From NCBI GenBank assembly GCA_963729895.1, contig CAVSQB010000018.1, positions 1 to 64,000 of the forward strand: a stretch of 64,000 nucleotides of DNA, written 5' to 3'. Positions 31,445-40,911 of the stretch are shown one piece after another (within the stretch, counting starts at the first letter, position 1; the number at the start of each line of letters is the position of its first letter). The notes beneath the pieces were generated by a model that was given only the letters and a program-made list of their open reading frames with translations, did no database searches and was not told the DNA's origin. Source of the DNA: an uncultured Fibrobacterota bacterium. GTDB taxonomy: Bacteria > Fibrobacterota > Chitinivibrionia > Chitinivibrionales > FEN-1185. The position numbers and the translations under genes were made by a program.

Positions 31445-32794
31445 ATGAAGATTCTGATCATCAGTCCCCGCGTCTGTCCGGACACCAAAACGCCGACCGG
31501 GCTCATGATTCCCCAGCTGGCCCTGCATATCCTCAAAGGACTCACGCCTTCACGCCATTCCGTGAAGGTTGTCGAAGAAGAAAACGAAAGCGTCGACCTC
31601 GACGATACGTGCGATCTTGTCGGCATCAGTTGCATGACGGCAAATGCGCCGCGCGCCTATGAGCTGGCCCGGGAATTCAGAAGACGCGGAAAGAAGGTCG
31701 TTATGGGCGGCGTGCACCCGACCATCCTGCCGCAGGAGGCGCGCGCGTACGCCGACGCGGTGGTCGTCGGCGAAGCGGAAGGCGCCTGGGAAACGGTCCT
31801 GGAGGATTGTGAAAACAACAGGCTGCAGCCGTTGTACCACAAGGCGTCGCCGTCTCTCGACAGATATATCCCCAAGAACCACCGCAACGCCCCCGGAAAG
31901 CGGCTCTTCGACGTGGTGCCCATCATGACGACCCGGGGATGCCCCTACAGCTGCGATTTCTGCTGCGTGTCGGGCCTGTACGGGAAGAAAATCAGGCATT
32001 CCCCCATCGAAAACGTGGTCCGCGACATCCGGGAGTCCGGGCGCAAGATCTTCATCTTTCTCGATGATAACATCATCGGCGAGCCCTCCTACGCAAAACG
32101 GCTTTTCACGGCGATAAAGCCGTATAACATCAAATGGGTCGGCCAGGCGTCAATCTCATTTGTCCATGATGTCGAGCTCATGAAACTTGCCGCGGACAGC
32201 GGGTGCGCCGCCCTGTTTTTCGGCCTCGAAAGCGTGTCCGTCGCACAGTTGAAAACCATGCGCAAATCAATCAAGGACATCGTGGAGATGGGCGAGGCGG
32301 TCAAGAAGGTCAAGGGCCTGGGAATTCATTTTCACGCATCGTTCGTGTTCGGCTTCGACGGCGATACAAAGGCGATTTTCCCGGACACGCTCGAATTCAT
32401 GCAAAAGAACAGGATCAACACCGCGTCCTACAACGTCCTCACTCCGTATCCCGGCACAAAGATATACAATCAGTTCAGGGAGGAAGGCCGCTTGCTCACC
32501 GATAATTGGAGATATTACGACCATTCCACGGTCGTGTTCCGGCCCAAGAACATGTCGGCCTACGAACTGCAGGAAGGCGCGATGTGGGTAAAAAAAGAGT
32601 TCACCAGGGTGCCCACCATTCTGAAAAACCTTCCCTGGAGCATGTCGCATCCGTTGCTGTATCTTGCCATGAACATCGGCATGCGGTACAATGTCAAGGA
32701 GGATGCGCTCCGGCTGCCGGTGCTGGCCGCCGAACTGTTTTCCCTCACCCCGTTTATGCCCCTGCACGTGGCGCCCGTCGCCATTCCGGCGTAA
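31445..32794 (+). CDS. B12-binding radical SAM protein
   Basis: VGISCMT, MGGVHPT, VVGEAEG, TRGCPYSCDFC and FGLES motifs. Confidence 0.9.
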   Translation: MKILIISPRVCPDTKTPTGLMIPQLALHILKGLTPSRHSVKVVEEENESVDLDDTCDLVGISCMTANAPRAYELAREFRRRGKKVVMGGVHPTILPQEARAYADAVVVGEAEGAWETVLEDCENNRLQPLYHKASPSLDRYIPKNHRNAPGKRLFDVVPIMTTRGCPYSCDFCCVSGLYGKKIRHSPIENVVRDIRESGRKIFIFLDDNIIGEPSYAKRLFTAIKPYNIKWVGQASISFVHDVELMKLAADSGCAALFFGLESVSVAQLKTMRKSIKDIVEMGEAVKKVKGLGIHFHASFVFGFDGDTKAIFPDTLEFMQKNRINTASYNVLTPYPGTKIYNQFREEGRLLTDNWRYYDHSTVVFRPKNMSAYELQEGAMWVKKEFTRVPTILKNLPWSMSHPLLYLAMNIGMRYNVKEDALRLPVLAAELFSLTPFMPLHVAPVAIPA

Positions 32795-32806
32795 CCTCTC
32801 GGTGCG

Positions 32807-33949
32807 TTATTGTGTAAAGTGCAGCCGGATCCGCACCACTTCCGAAACGGAGTTGGTGCGCACCGGCGGTCCCCAGGTGCCCGCCCCGCACGAGACCACG
32901 ATGTTGGCGGTTCCTTTTCTGAGAAAGCCGTAGGGCTTTTCGTAGATCAACCCGTAGAACAGGTTGAGCGGAAAAAGCTGGGCGTTGTGGGTATGCCCGG
33001 AAACCTGGAGGTCGATGCCGTTCTTCTGCGCCGCTTCCAGGTAAAAGGGCTGGTGGTCCATAAGGATGAGCGGCAGGGACCGGTCAACTCCGCGGCAGAT
33101 TTCTTCCAGCGGTTTCCTGCCCGTGCCCATGCGCCGGGCGGTCAGGTCCTTCCTGCCGATCAGGACAAAAGCGCCGGCGATCTCGACTGCCGTATCCTGC
33201 AAAACGGTCACGTTGCCGCGCGTCAGGTTCAAAACCGCCTTTTCCACGCCTGCATAATACTCGTGGTTGCCGGTGACGGCGTAGACGCCGTAAGGGGCCT
33301 TTATCCCGCTCAGCACGCGGGCGATTTCCCGTTCCATGTCGTCCGAGACATCCTCGTCAAAGATGTCGCCGGCAAACAGGACGATGTCGGGCTTTGCCGA
33401 AGCAATCAGCGACAAAATGCGCTGCAATTGCGCAACGCCAACCACCGCGCCCAGGTGCATATCGGTCACCGCCACAACGGAGAGTTCCTTCAGGCCCGCG
33501 GCGTTTTTTGCGACGTCCAGGTCCATGGTGCGCAGCCGGGGACACATCGCGGCACGGTTGCCGGCAATCACGATTGACACTATGATAATAGCGGCCGCCG
33601 TCCATACGGCGCGGCCCGCGGATGCGCTTAACGGAAGAGAGAAGAACAGCCGGCGGCCCAGCCCGGCCAGGTCCAGGAGCGCCGCAAAGAGGACGCCGTA
33701 AAACAAAACGGCCAGATACAGCGAACCCGCGTAGACCGCAACATCCGTACTGCCGCCCGGGAAGAACCTGTCCGCGATCCTGCCGGCAGGATACAAGAGG
33801 GCGAGAACGCACATACCCCAGAGAACAACCGTCCGGAATGCGCCGGTCCCGTCAAGCGCCTGGCTGGTCCTTTTGAGCACGTAGTAATTGATCGCGGCAT
33901 ACACCAAAAGCGCGGCCGCGAGGAAATAGACAATATGCGAATGCTTCAT
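32807..33949 (-). CDS. Membrane-anchored metallophosphoesterase (YkuE/YaeI-like)
   Basis: N-terminal TM segments; DMHLG, GDIFD, GNHEYY and SGHTH motifs. Confidence 0.9.
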   Translation of the reverse strand: MKHSHIVYFLAAALLVYAAINYYVLKRTSQALDGTGAFRTVVLWGMCVLALLYPAGRIADRFFPGGSTDVAVYAGSLYLAVLFYGVLFAALLDLAGLGRRLFFSLPLSASAGRAVWTAAAIIIVSIVIAGNRAAMCPRLRTMDLDVAKNAAGLKELSVVAVTDMHLGAVVGVAQLQRILSLIASAKPDIVLFAGDIFDEDVSDDMEREIARVLSGIKAPYGVYAVTGNHEYYAGVEKAVLNLTRGNVTVLQDTAVEIAGAFVLIGRKDLTARRMGTGRKPLEEICRGVDRSLPLILMDHQPFYLEAAQKNGIDLQVSGHTHNAQLFPLNLFYGLIYEKPYGFLRKGTANIVVSCGAGTWGPPVRTNSVSEVVRIRLHFTQ

Positions 33950-33952
33950 CGG

Positions 33953-35608
33953 TTACCGCACAGGCGCAATCGTAAACGATTCCACGGCATTGCCCATCTT
34001 TGCCCGCACACCGTAGACCTGCGCCGCGCGCGCGCCGCAATCGATGATAAGGCAGCGCGCTCCCGAAGGCTGGCGGAGAACCGTGGAACCATAGACCGTG
34101 CGGCCGTTCACATCGAAAAGGGCATAGGAAACATCGGCCGGTTCGGCAAGCGTGTAGCGCAACAGCCATGTCGACCGCGACGTCTTTTCCAACCGGACCA
34201 TCGGGCCGGGCGCCGCCGCCTGGCGTTTGCCGCCCATAACCGGGGTCGAGCCGTATTCGTCCGCACCAATGTCGATTGCGCCGCCCACGATGCGAGGTTG
34301 GGCGTCGATGTCAAGGGTCCCGCATATACTGTCGGGCACAAGGGCGCCTGCGCGGAGAGCAGGAGAAGCTGAGGTGAGGTGCATGTCCGCCGGAGGGTTG
34401 ACCAGCAGCGGATTTGCAAACAGGGCATGGGCGTCGCTCGCGGCGCCCGGCGAACTCGTGCTCCCGCCGTAGTACAGATTGTTGTCGGCCACGATATTGG
34501 TGTTGCCCGTTCCGACGGCGGCCACATACTCCTCGCCGGACTTTGCATACAGGATATTGTTCTCCACCGTGATGCCGCTGTTGTGGTATTGCAACAGGAC
34601 TTCGCCGTCGTTGCTATGGTACGCGGTGTTGTTGACGATGGTTACATTCGTCACGTTTCCCACGCTTGCGTCATAGCCGCCGGCCATGATGTTGCCCTGG
34701 TACGAGCGCGAAACGAAATTATTCCGTACCATGATTCCGTTTGTCGTTTTTCCCGAATGTTCGCATCCGATCTCTATGCCGCAATCGCATGAATCAACTA
34801 TGTTGCGCTCGATCACGATGTTGGTGCCGCCGTCAACATAGATGCCGTCGGCGCTTTGGTCCCCGCCGTACGTGGGATTGCTTTTGCTGCTGATATTGTA
34901 CACATGGTTGTTGACGCAGAACCCGTCCCGCGCCTGATCGCCGGCCGATGCGGTTCCCTCGAACCCGATGAAATCGATGCCGATGTTGTCGTTGTCATGG
35001 ACGGTGTTGTTGATAACCTGGAAACTGTCGACGTTTCCATTCAGCACGACGGATTCGCTTTGACCGAGCTTGCAGTTATGTACTTCGTTGCCGTCGAAAA
35101 TGATGTTCTTGATCGGCGACGCGCCGCTTGTCCCGTATGCCGCGATGCCGTGCGCGTTCTTCGTGTCGGAAGTGATGTCGTGGACATTGCAATCCTTGAC
35201 GAGAATGTTGCTCCCCGCACCGTCGATGCCGATGCCTATCGACGGGTCTCCGCCGGACGCGTTTTCCACTTCAAAACCGATTATCTGGACGTTGCTCCTG
35301 TTCGAAATGGCGACGACCGTGCCTGCCGTGCCGTTGCCGTCGACAACCGGAGCGTCGGTCCCGAAGTTTCGAAGCACAATGGGTGCGCCGGCCGCGCCGC
35401 TTTTCCCGAAAGTCACCGTTTCCTGATACGTGCCGGCCGTAACGTACACCGTATCGCCGGCGTTCGCCGCATTCAGGCCGGCCTGGATCGTGGAATACGC
35501 TCCGCCCGATTTCGCCACGATGATTGCCGTTGCATGGGACGCGCAGAACAGCGCCGCGAAAACCAGGCCCAAAGCCGTTGCCGCCATCAAGGGAAAATGT
35601 TTTTTCAC
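33953..35608 (-). CDS. Secreted right-handed beta-helix protein with C-terminal sorting-like domain
   Basis: TIQAGLNAANAGDTVYV, parallel beta-helix repeats, DIGADEY; tail FDVNGRTV. Confidence 0.8.
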   Translation of the reverse strand: MKKHFPLMAATALGLVFAALFCASHATAIIVAKSGGAYSTIQAGLNAANAGDTVYVTAGTYQETVTFGKSGAAGAPIVLRNFGTDAPVVDGNGTAGTVVAISNRSNVQIIGFEVENASGGDPSIGIGIDGAGSNILVKDCNVHDITSDTKNAHGIAAYGTSGASPIKNIIFDGNEVHNCKLGQSESVVLNGNVDSFQVINNTVHDNDNIGIDFIGFEGTASAGDQARDGFCVNNHVYNISSKSNPTYGGDQSADGIYVDGGTNIVIERNIVDSCDCGIEIGCEHSGKTTNGIMVRNNFVSRSYQGNIMAGGYDASVGNVTNVTIVNNTAYHSNDGEVLLQYHNSGITVENNILYAKSGEEYVAAVGTGNTNIVADNNLYYGGSTSSPGAASDAHALFANPLLVNPPADMHLTSASPALRAGALVPDSICGTLDIDAQPRIVGGAIDIGADEYGSTPVMGGKRQAAAPGPMVRLEKTSRSTWLLRYTLAEPADVSYALFDVNGRTVYGSTVLRQPSGARCLIIDCGARAAQVYGVRAKMGNAVESFTIAPVR

Positions 35609-35644
35609 AAAGCTCCTCCCGCAGTCTGTCCTGCGCGTTACTCC

Positions 35645-36004
35645 CTATTTCTTGTCAAATCTCTTGACTGCCTCATACCCGCCCGCATTCACCACATTTT
35701 CAAACCCGTTTTTCTTGAGCACGTTCAGGGCAAACGCGCTCCGGTTCCCGCTATGGCAATACAAGACGATGTGCTTCCGTTTGTAGGGCTCAAGTCGCCC
35801 CAGCTGGCTTGCAATCGCATCATGCGGGATGTTGATTGCCGTACTCAAGTGTCCGGCGTCGAATTCCTTCTTTGAGCGCACGTCGATGACAAGGAGCTCG
35901 TCGGGAGGCAATGCGAAGATTTTTTCCATGGACTTTCTCCTGTATACGTAGGCCGCGATCAGCGCCGCAAGCAGCATGGCCGAAAGAATAAGAATGAGTT
36001 TCAC
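35645..36004 (-). CDS. Rhodanese-like domain protein
   Basis: IDVRSKKEFDAGHL and LYCHSGNRS motifs. Confidence 0.9.
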   Translation of the reverse strand: MKLILILSAMLLAALIAAYVYRRKSMEKIFALPPDELLVIDVRSKKEFDAGHLSTAINIPHDAIASQLGRLEPYKRKHIVLYCHSGNRSAFALNVLKKNGFENVVNAGGYEAVKRFDKK

Positions 36005-36095
36005 GGCCGTCGCCTCCGCGGGAAGGAATCCGTTTTCTTTGCAATCAAATCCAATTCAAAGATACATTTTTCTGCTTCATAGTAAAGTAATATCC

Positions 36096-36740
36096 GGGCG
36101 TTTCCCTCGCTTTGCTCGGGTCGGCCCTTCCTTCGGGCTCGGCCGTTCGGCCTCGGTGCCGGATAGCCCTATGCCTGCGGCGGGGCCGACCGGCACTGCT
36201 CTCCAGAGCACCCTGCGGTCCGGCCTAACGCAAAAAGCAAGAAATCAAGGCTCGTCTTGGTTTTACCCATCAGTGGCGCAGCTGCGGCCGGAGGATAAGG
36301 GGCGAGGACGAGTCCGTATTTTCCGGAGGAAAATACTTTTCGATATCTTTCCATTGTTCCGCAGCCCCCTGGAGGTCGCAGCGATTAAGCGCCACTGCGG
36401 GGCGGCGTCTTTTGCCTACTTTTCTTCGCTGAAGAAGAAAAGTAGGTCTGGGTTCGGGAGTGAAGCTCCCGACCATTTGCACAGCGGCCCGACAGCCGAG
36501 GGACCAGGCGGAGCTGTGGCGCGGCGCGGGGTCCAGGCGTGCTCGCTGCTGACAAGGCAAACGACACAATATCTGGCGCGAAGCGCCAACTACTTCTCCC
36601 TGGGGAACGAAGTGACAGCAGGCGGAGCTGCGGGCGCGGCGCGGGGTTCCCAGGGGTGCCCGCTGCAGGGCACCCCTGGCCAGGGTGTCGGGAGCGGAAC
36701 TCCCGACTCAGTTGTAGAACGGCACCGAGGCCGGCCGACG
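36096..36740. repeat. Composite structured element
   Basis: Full left unit 36096-36231; modules shared with 29341-30003 and 39292-39719; extra CCTACTTTTCTTC-GCT-GAAGAAGAAAAGTAGG hairpin; module shared with 63201-63263. Confidence 0.85.
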
Positions 36741-36841
36741 ACTCCGGCGCAAAAATAGTGAACCCCCGCCCGGGTTTTGCGACTATATTATTGTAACCGG
36801 ACCGCAATCGCCCTTCGCGTATCCCGTCAATGGAGGATGTC

Positions 36842-37612
36842 ATGGCAAAAAGAATCATCAGGCTCCCCGGTCGTATGTCTATAGTGTTGCTCAGGCTTGC
36901 CGGTACGGCAATAACCTTTCTCTTTGCCTTCTTTGTCTATGCCTCCGGTCAAATCGTTTCGGCGGGAAGATCACTGGTGAGAGTTGACGTATCCGCAATA
37001 TCGCCGGCCTATGGAATCGTCATGTACGGCCCGCCCATCACGTCGTCCACAATCAAGGGAACCATCAGGTCCGCTGTCGACAGCACACCCCTCAAAAACG
37101 CAAAAATCGTTGTGCAGGATACGGCTGCGGGGCAGACTATCGATTCCGGTTTCACGGCAGACAGCGGGTCGTATTCTATGACGTTCAACCATGCCGTCGG
37201 GATCAATTCCTGGGTCCTTGAGGTCCGCGACTCACTGTACATAACAAAAGACACGCTGATTTCCTTTCCTGCAAACGGCAACGATACACTAAACGTAGAC
37301 CTGTATCTGCAAAAGATGCCGCTCATGGTAAGACCCGCGGGGTCCAATGTGTCCCAGGCTCCGTCATTGCTGGCCGGTCAGGAGGCCAAAGGGTCAATCG
37401 AAACCCGCTACACGCTCCAGGTTGCAGGGCGCGCCCACCTGGCCTTGTACGCCGCAACCGGCAGGCTGGTCAGGGAATTCTTCGACAGGTCCGAATCGGC
37501 AGGGGAGCACCAGGCTCGCTTGGAAACGTCCGGACTTCCGGCCGGGATTTATTTCCTCAAATTGCAGACCGGTACGCACGCGGCCATAACCAGGATCCCG
37601 CTCGAGCGATGA
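36842..37612 (+). CDS. Secreted protein with two Xaa-Tyr-Gly motifs, a carboxypeptidase-regulatory-like domain and a T9SS-like CTD
   Basis: SD GGAGG; hydrophobic N-terminus; PAYGIVMYGPP; IKGTIRSAVDSTPLKNAKIVV; tail LYAATGRLV...LPAGIYFLKL. Confidence 0.75.
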   Translation: MAKRIIRLPGRMSIVLLRLAGTAITFLFAFFVYASGQIVSAGRSLVRVDVSAISPAYGIVMYGPPITSSTIKGTIRSAVDSTPLKNAKIVVQDTAAGQTIDSGFTADSGSYSMTFNHAVGINSWVLEVRDSLYITKDTLISFPANGNDTLNVDLYLQKMPLMVRPAGSNVSQAPSLLAGQEAKGSIETRYTLQVAGRAHLALYAATGRLVREFFDRSESAGEHQARLETSGLPAGIYFLKLQTGTHAAITRIPLER

Positions 37613-38712
37613 ACGGCCTCAAGATTCCCCTGCGCAAACGCATTGCGCTCGACCTTTTCAGCATCAAGAAGAGCATTGACGCACGCGTCCATGATTTGCG
37701 CTACCTGTTCTGGGAATGCACGCTTCGGTGCAATCTTTCGTGCCTGCATTGCGGCAGCGACTGCCTGCGCGACGCGTCGGTGCCCGATATGCCCTTGGCC
37801 GATTTTCTGCGCGTCGTGGATTCCCTCAAGGGCCGCCTTGACCCGCACAAGACGACCATCGCGATAACAGGCGGAGAACCGCTGATGCGCGAGGACCTCG
37901 AACAGTGCGGCGCCGAGCTGTACAAGCGCGGCTTTCCCTGGGGGTTCGTCACCAACGGCTACGCCCTCACGCGTGACAGGTACGGCCGTCTCCTCGAGGC
38001 GGGTTTGCGCTCGCTCACCATCAGCCTCGACGGCCTGCAGGCGTCGCACGACTGGTTCCGGAGCAAGGCCGGATCGTTCGACCGCGCCGTTGCGGCGGTC
38101 GAGCGTGCTGCGGCCTCACCGGACATTATCTTCGACGTGGCCACCTGCGTCACCCTCCGGAATTTCGGCGAGCTCCCTAAAATCAAGGACCTTCTGAACG
38201 ACCGGGGCGTCACGCGCTGGCGCCTGTTTACCGTGTTTCCCAAGGGACGGGCGGTGGCGAACGCGGAACTGCAGATTTCCGACCGGCAATTCGTCGATCT
38301 CATGGACTTCATCGTGGACACGAAAAAAGAGGGCAGGGTCCGTCCCAATTACGGGTGCGAGGGCTTTCTCGGGGGCTACGAGGGAATGGCGCGCGACAAC
38401 TATTTCCAATGTGCTGCGGGGATCTGCGTGGGGTCGGTGCTCATCGACGGTTCGATTTCCGCCTGCCCGAGCCTGAGGGCCGATTATATCCAGGGGAACA
38501 TTTACAAAGACGATTTCTGGGACGTGTGGAACCGCAGGTTCCGGGTCATGCGGAACAGGTCGTGGACAAAAACAGGGCCCTGCGCTTCATGCAAGGCGTA
38601 CCGGTGGTGCCTGGGCAACGGATTGCACTTGCGCGATGAGAAGACCGGCCAGCTCATGCGCTGTCACTACGCGCGGTTACGGGACGGGGGAAATTTCCCC
38701 ACCGGAAACTAA
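37609..38712 (+). CDS. Radical SAM/SPASM peptide maturase (TIGR04133-like, splicease-related)
   Basis: LFWECTLRCNLSCLHCGSDC, TGGEPL and CAAG...ISACP...CASC...C; ATGA overlap with the upstream gene. Confidence 0.85.
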   Translation: MNGLKIPLRKRIALDLFSIKKSIDARVHDLRYLFWECTLRCNLSCLHCGSDCLRDASVPDMPLADFLRVVDSLKGRLDPHKTTIAITGGEPLMREDLEQCGAELYKRGFPWGFVTNGYALTRDRYGRLLEAGLRSLTISLDGLQASHDWFRSKAGSFDRAVAAVERAAASPDIIFDVATCVTLRNFGELPKIKDLLNDRGVTRWRLFTVFPKGRAVANAELQISDRQFVDLMDFIVDTKKEGRVRPNYGCEGFLGGYEGMARDNYFQCAAGICVGSVLIDGSISACPSLRADYIQGNIYKDDFWDVWNRRFRVMRNRSWTKTGPCASCKAYRWCLGNGLHLRDEKTGQLMRCHYARLRDGGNFPTGN

Positions 38713-38717
38713 AGTAG

Positions 38718-39221
38718 TTATCCCAGCTTCTTGTTCCACTTTTCAACGTCGTCCCTCTGTTCCTTCAGAAGCCCTTCCGCGTAGCCCTGGACCTCAATCG
38801 TGTCGATCCGGTCGCCCTGCGCGATGCTGTTGACAACCGCCATGTCTTCACTGCCGCACACCTCGCCGAACACGGTATGATGGCCGTCGAGCCAGGGCGT
38901 CGGCGCGTGCGTGATGAAGAATTGGCTGCCGTTGGTGTTGGGCCCCGAATTCGCCATCGACAGGACGCCGGGCTTGTCGTGGCGCAACTCCTTGACAAAT
39001 TCATCGCGGAACTTGTATCCCGGCCCGCCCGTGCCGTTGCCTTTGGGGCAGCCGCCCTGGATCATAAAATCCGCGATCACGCGGTGGAACTTGAGGTTGT
39101 TGTAAAATCCATGGTTGGCAAGGTTGACAAAATTGGCAACCGCAAGCGGCGCCTTGTCCGGAAACAGCGTAAGATGGATGGCGCCTTTTTCGGTCTTGAT
39201 GGAAGCGGTGAGGTCGGACAT
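38718..39221 (-). CDS. Cyclophilin-type peptidyl-prolyl isomerase
   Basis: [34 protein letters not shown] and [10 protein letters not shown] motifs. Confidence 0.95.
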   Translation of the reverse strand: MSDLTASIKTEKGAIHLTLFPDKAPLAVANFVNLANHGFYNNLKFHRVIADFMIQGGCPKGNGTGGPGYKFRDEFVKELRHDKPGVLSMANSGPNTNGSQFFITHAPTPWLDGHHTVFGEVCGSEDMAVVNSIAQGDRIDTIEVQGYAEGLLKEQRDDVEKWNKKLG

Positions 39222-39291
39222 GGGGTTTTCCTTTGAAAATTGTGTAATCTCATAAATATACTTGATCAACTCATTGGCGGATTCAACGTCC

Positions 39292-39719
39292 AATGCTTTT
39301 TGATGGCTGAGCCGGGTGACCCCCAAGTGAGTTTATTTGCGAGAATCCAATCTTCGGTTGGGGGGCACCCGCGAGGTGTCGCTGGACAGTTGACACACGG
39401 AATTCTTGTCTTTCTCTTCCGCCATCAGTGGCGCAGCCGCGTACGGAGGTCTTAAAGGGCGAGGACGAGTCCTGCCTTTCCCGGAGGGAAAGGCTTTTCG
39501 ATATCTTTCCATTGTTTCGCAGCCCACCGGAGTGCGCGGCGATCCGCGCCACTGTAGGCGCGGCGCGGGGTCCAGGGGTGCTCGCTGGTGAGCACCCCTG
39601 GCCAGGGTGTCGGGAGCGGAACCCCCGACTCAGTTGTGGAACGGCACCGAGGCCCTTAGGCCGGGCCCGCAGGAAGTACCGACCTTTGCCTTCGTCAAGA
39701 CGAAGGCAAAGGGAACGCC
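39292..39719. repeat. Structured element (internal modules plus inverted right arm)
   Basis: Closely matches 29595-29975; ends ...GGGAACGCC. Confidence 0.85.
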
Positions 39720-39748
39720 AGCAGTACTTCCATAAACAATAGAATCAC

Positions 39749-40900
39749 TTGGCAAGGTTTTCCCTCACAAGCTATTTTCACATCTCTATGAAGAAGCCCT
39801 ACCAGCAGGCGGTTGACGGCATCACGCCCGGGCTGAACCGGTTCTACCACCGCGCTTTCACCACGGTGACCGTCGATCGCAGCGGATACGACCCGGAATC
39901 CATCAGGGATTCCATGGTCATGGCGGTGTCCACGCACCGGAGCCAGGCCGATTATTTTCTCATCGGCTGGGTTTTGTACGACAACGGGGTCAAATACGTT
40001 CGCATCGCCGCGGGCGACAATCTCACCGGCTTCCCGGTTATCGGAAAACGGTTCAGGGCATACGGCGCCTTTCCCGTGCGGAGGGACATGGCGTTTCGGC
40101 GGGGGTACGTCCGCCAGTTGTGCCTTGACGTTGTGGGAATGATGGAGGACAACGAACCCATCCTGCTGTTCGCGGAAGGCGGGCGCAGCTATGGCGGCAA
40201 CCTTTTGGAGATGAAAGGCGGCATCCTGCTGTCGGCGATCCTCGCCCAGGCGAGAAATCCCGGGAAGAACGTCTTCCTTCTTCCAACCGCCATATCGTAC
40301 GAATTCCTGCCGGAGCTTCCCTTTTTCGAGATGTTGAGAAAAGGGAAAGACATGCGCAAGAAATCGAACAACGTCCTTGTGCGGCTGGCGGGCACCCTGT
40401 ACTATTTCGGGGCCGATATCATCGCCTTTTCAAGGTTCATCCTGCGCACCCGCCTTGGCCTCACGCAGGGCGAGGTGTTCGTGGATTTCGGCAGCCCCGT
40501 ATGCGTCAAGGATATCGTGGACGTAAATGCCAATTACAATGCGTCGGCGCGCGACGAGATGTCGGGCCATCAGGCTTCCATGCGGATCGTCGGCGCTCGC
40601 CTCTATGCCGCCTTGTGGTCGCTGTACCGGCTGCTGCCGGAACATGTGGTTGCAGCGGTCCTCAAGGAAAACCCGGCCCTCACGCGGCAATCCGCGATAG
40701 AACCGGTGCGCGCGCTTTTGTCGCGGCTCGGCGAGCAGAAGCGGAACACCAAGACGCTCGATGCGTTGTCGCCCGACCAGGTGCTTGCGACCGGCCTCAG
40801 GCAATTGCGGCATGTCAAGGCGATCGCCGAACGGGGAGGCAGGGTGGAAATCAGGAAGCAATCCATCGTCGATTATTACGCGGCGGCCCTCGCCGAATAG
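39749..40900 (+). CDS. Glycerolipid acyltransferase (PlsB/PlsC family)
   Basis: THRSQAD (HX4D), GAFPVRR, FAEGGRS and PTAISYE motifs. Confidence 0.82.
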   Translation: MARFSLTSYFHISMKKPYQQAVDGITPGLNRFYHRAFTTVTVDRSGYDPESIRDSMVMAVSTHRSQADYFLIGWVLYDNGVKYVRIAAGDNLTGFPVIGKRFRAYGAFPVRRDMAFRRGYVRQLCLDVVGMMEDNEPILLFAEGGRSYGGNLLEMKGGILLSAILAQARNPGKNVFLLPTAISYEFLPELPFFEMLRKGKDMRKKSNNVLVRLAGTLYYFGADIIAFSRFILRTRLGLTQGEVFVDFGSPVCVKDIVDVNANYNASARDEMSGHQASMRIVGARLYAALWSLYRLLPEHVVAAVLKENPALTRQSAIEPVRALLSRLGEQKRNTKTLDALSPDQVLATGLRQLRHVKAIAERGGRVEIRKQSIVDYYAAALAE

Positions 40901-40911
40901 AAGGAACCCGC

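Noticed and set aside
29341..39719. CRISPR array, or protein-coding repeats (ORFs 29580-29855, 39283-39552, 35976-36758)
   Set aside because: The repeats are dispersed and hundreds of nt long with no spacer periodicity and no cas genes; the ORFs are by-products of GC-rich palindromes and differ between copies
40501..40911. N-terminal extension of the EIIA-DAC ORF (similarly 29910-30212, 31217-31444, 44082-44123)
   Set aside because: These overlap upstream genes, repeats or an IS end; downstream starts fit the domain boundaries better
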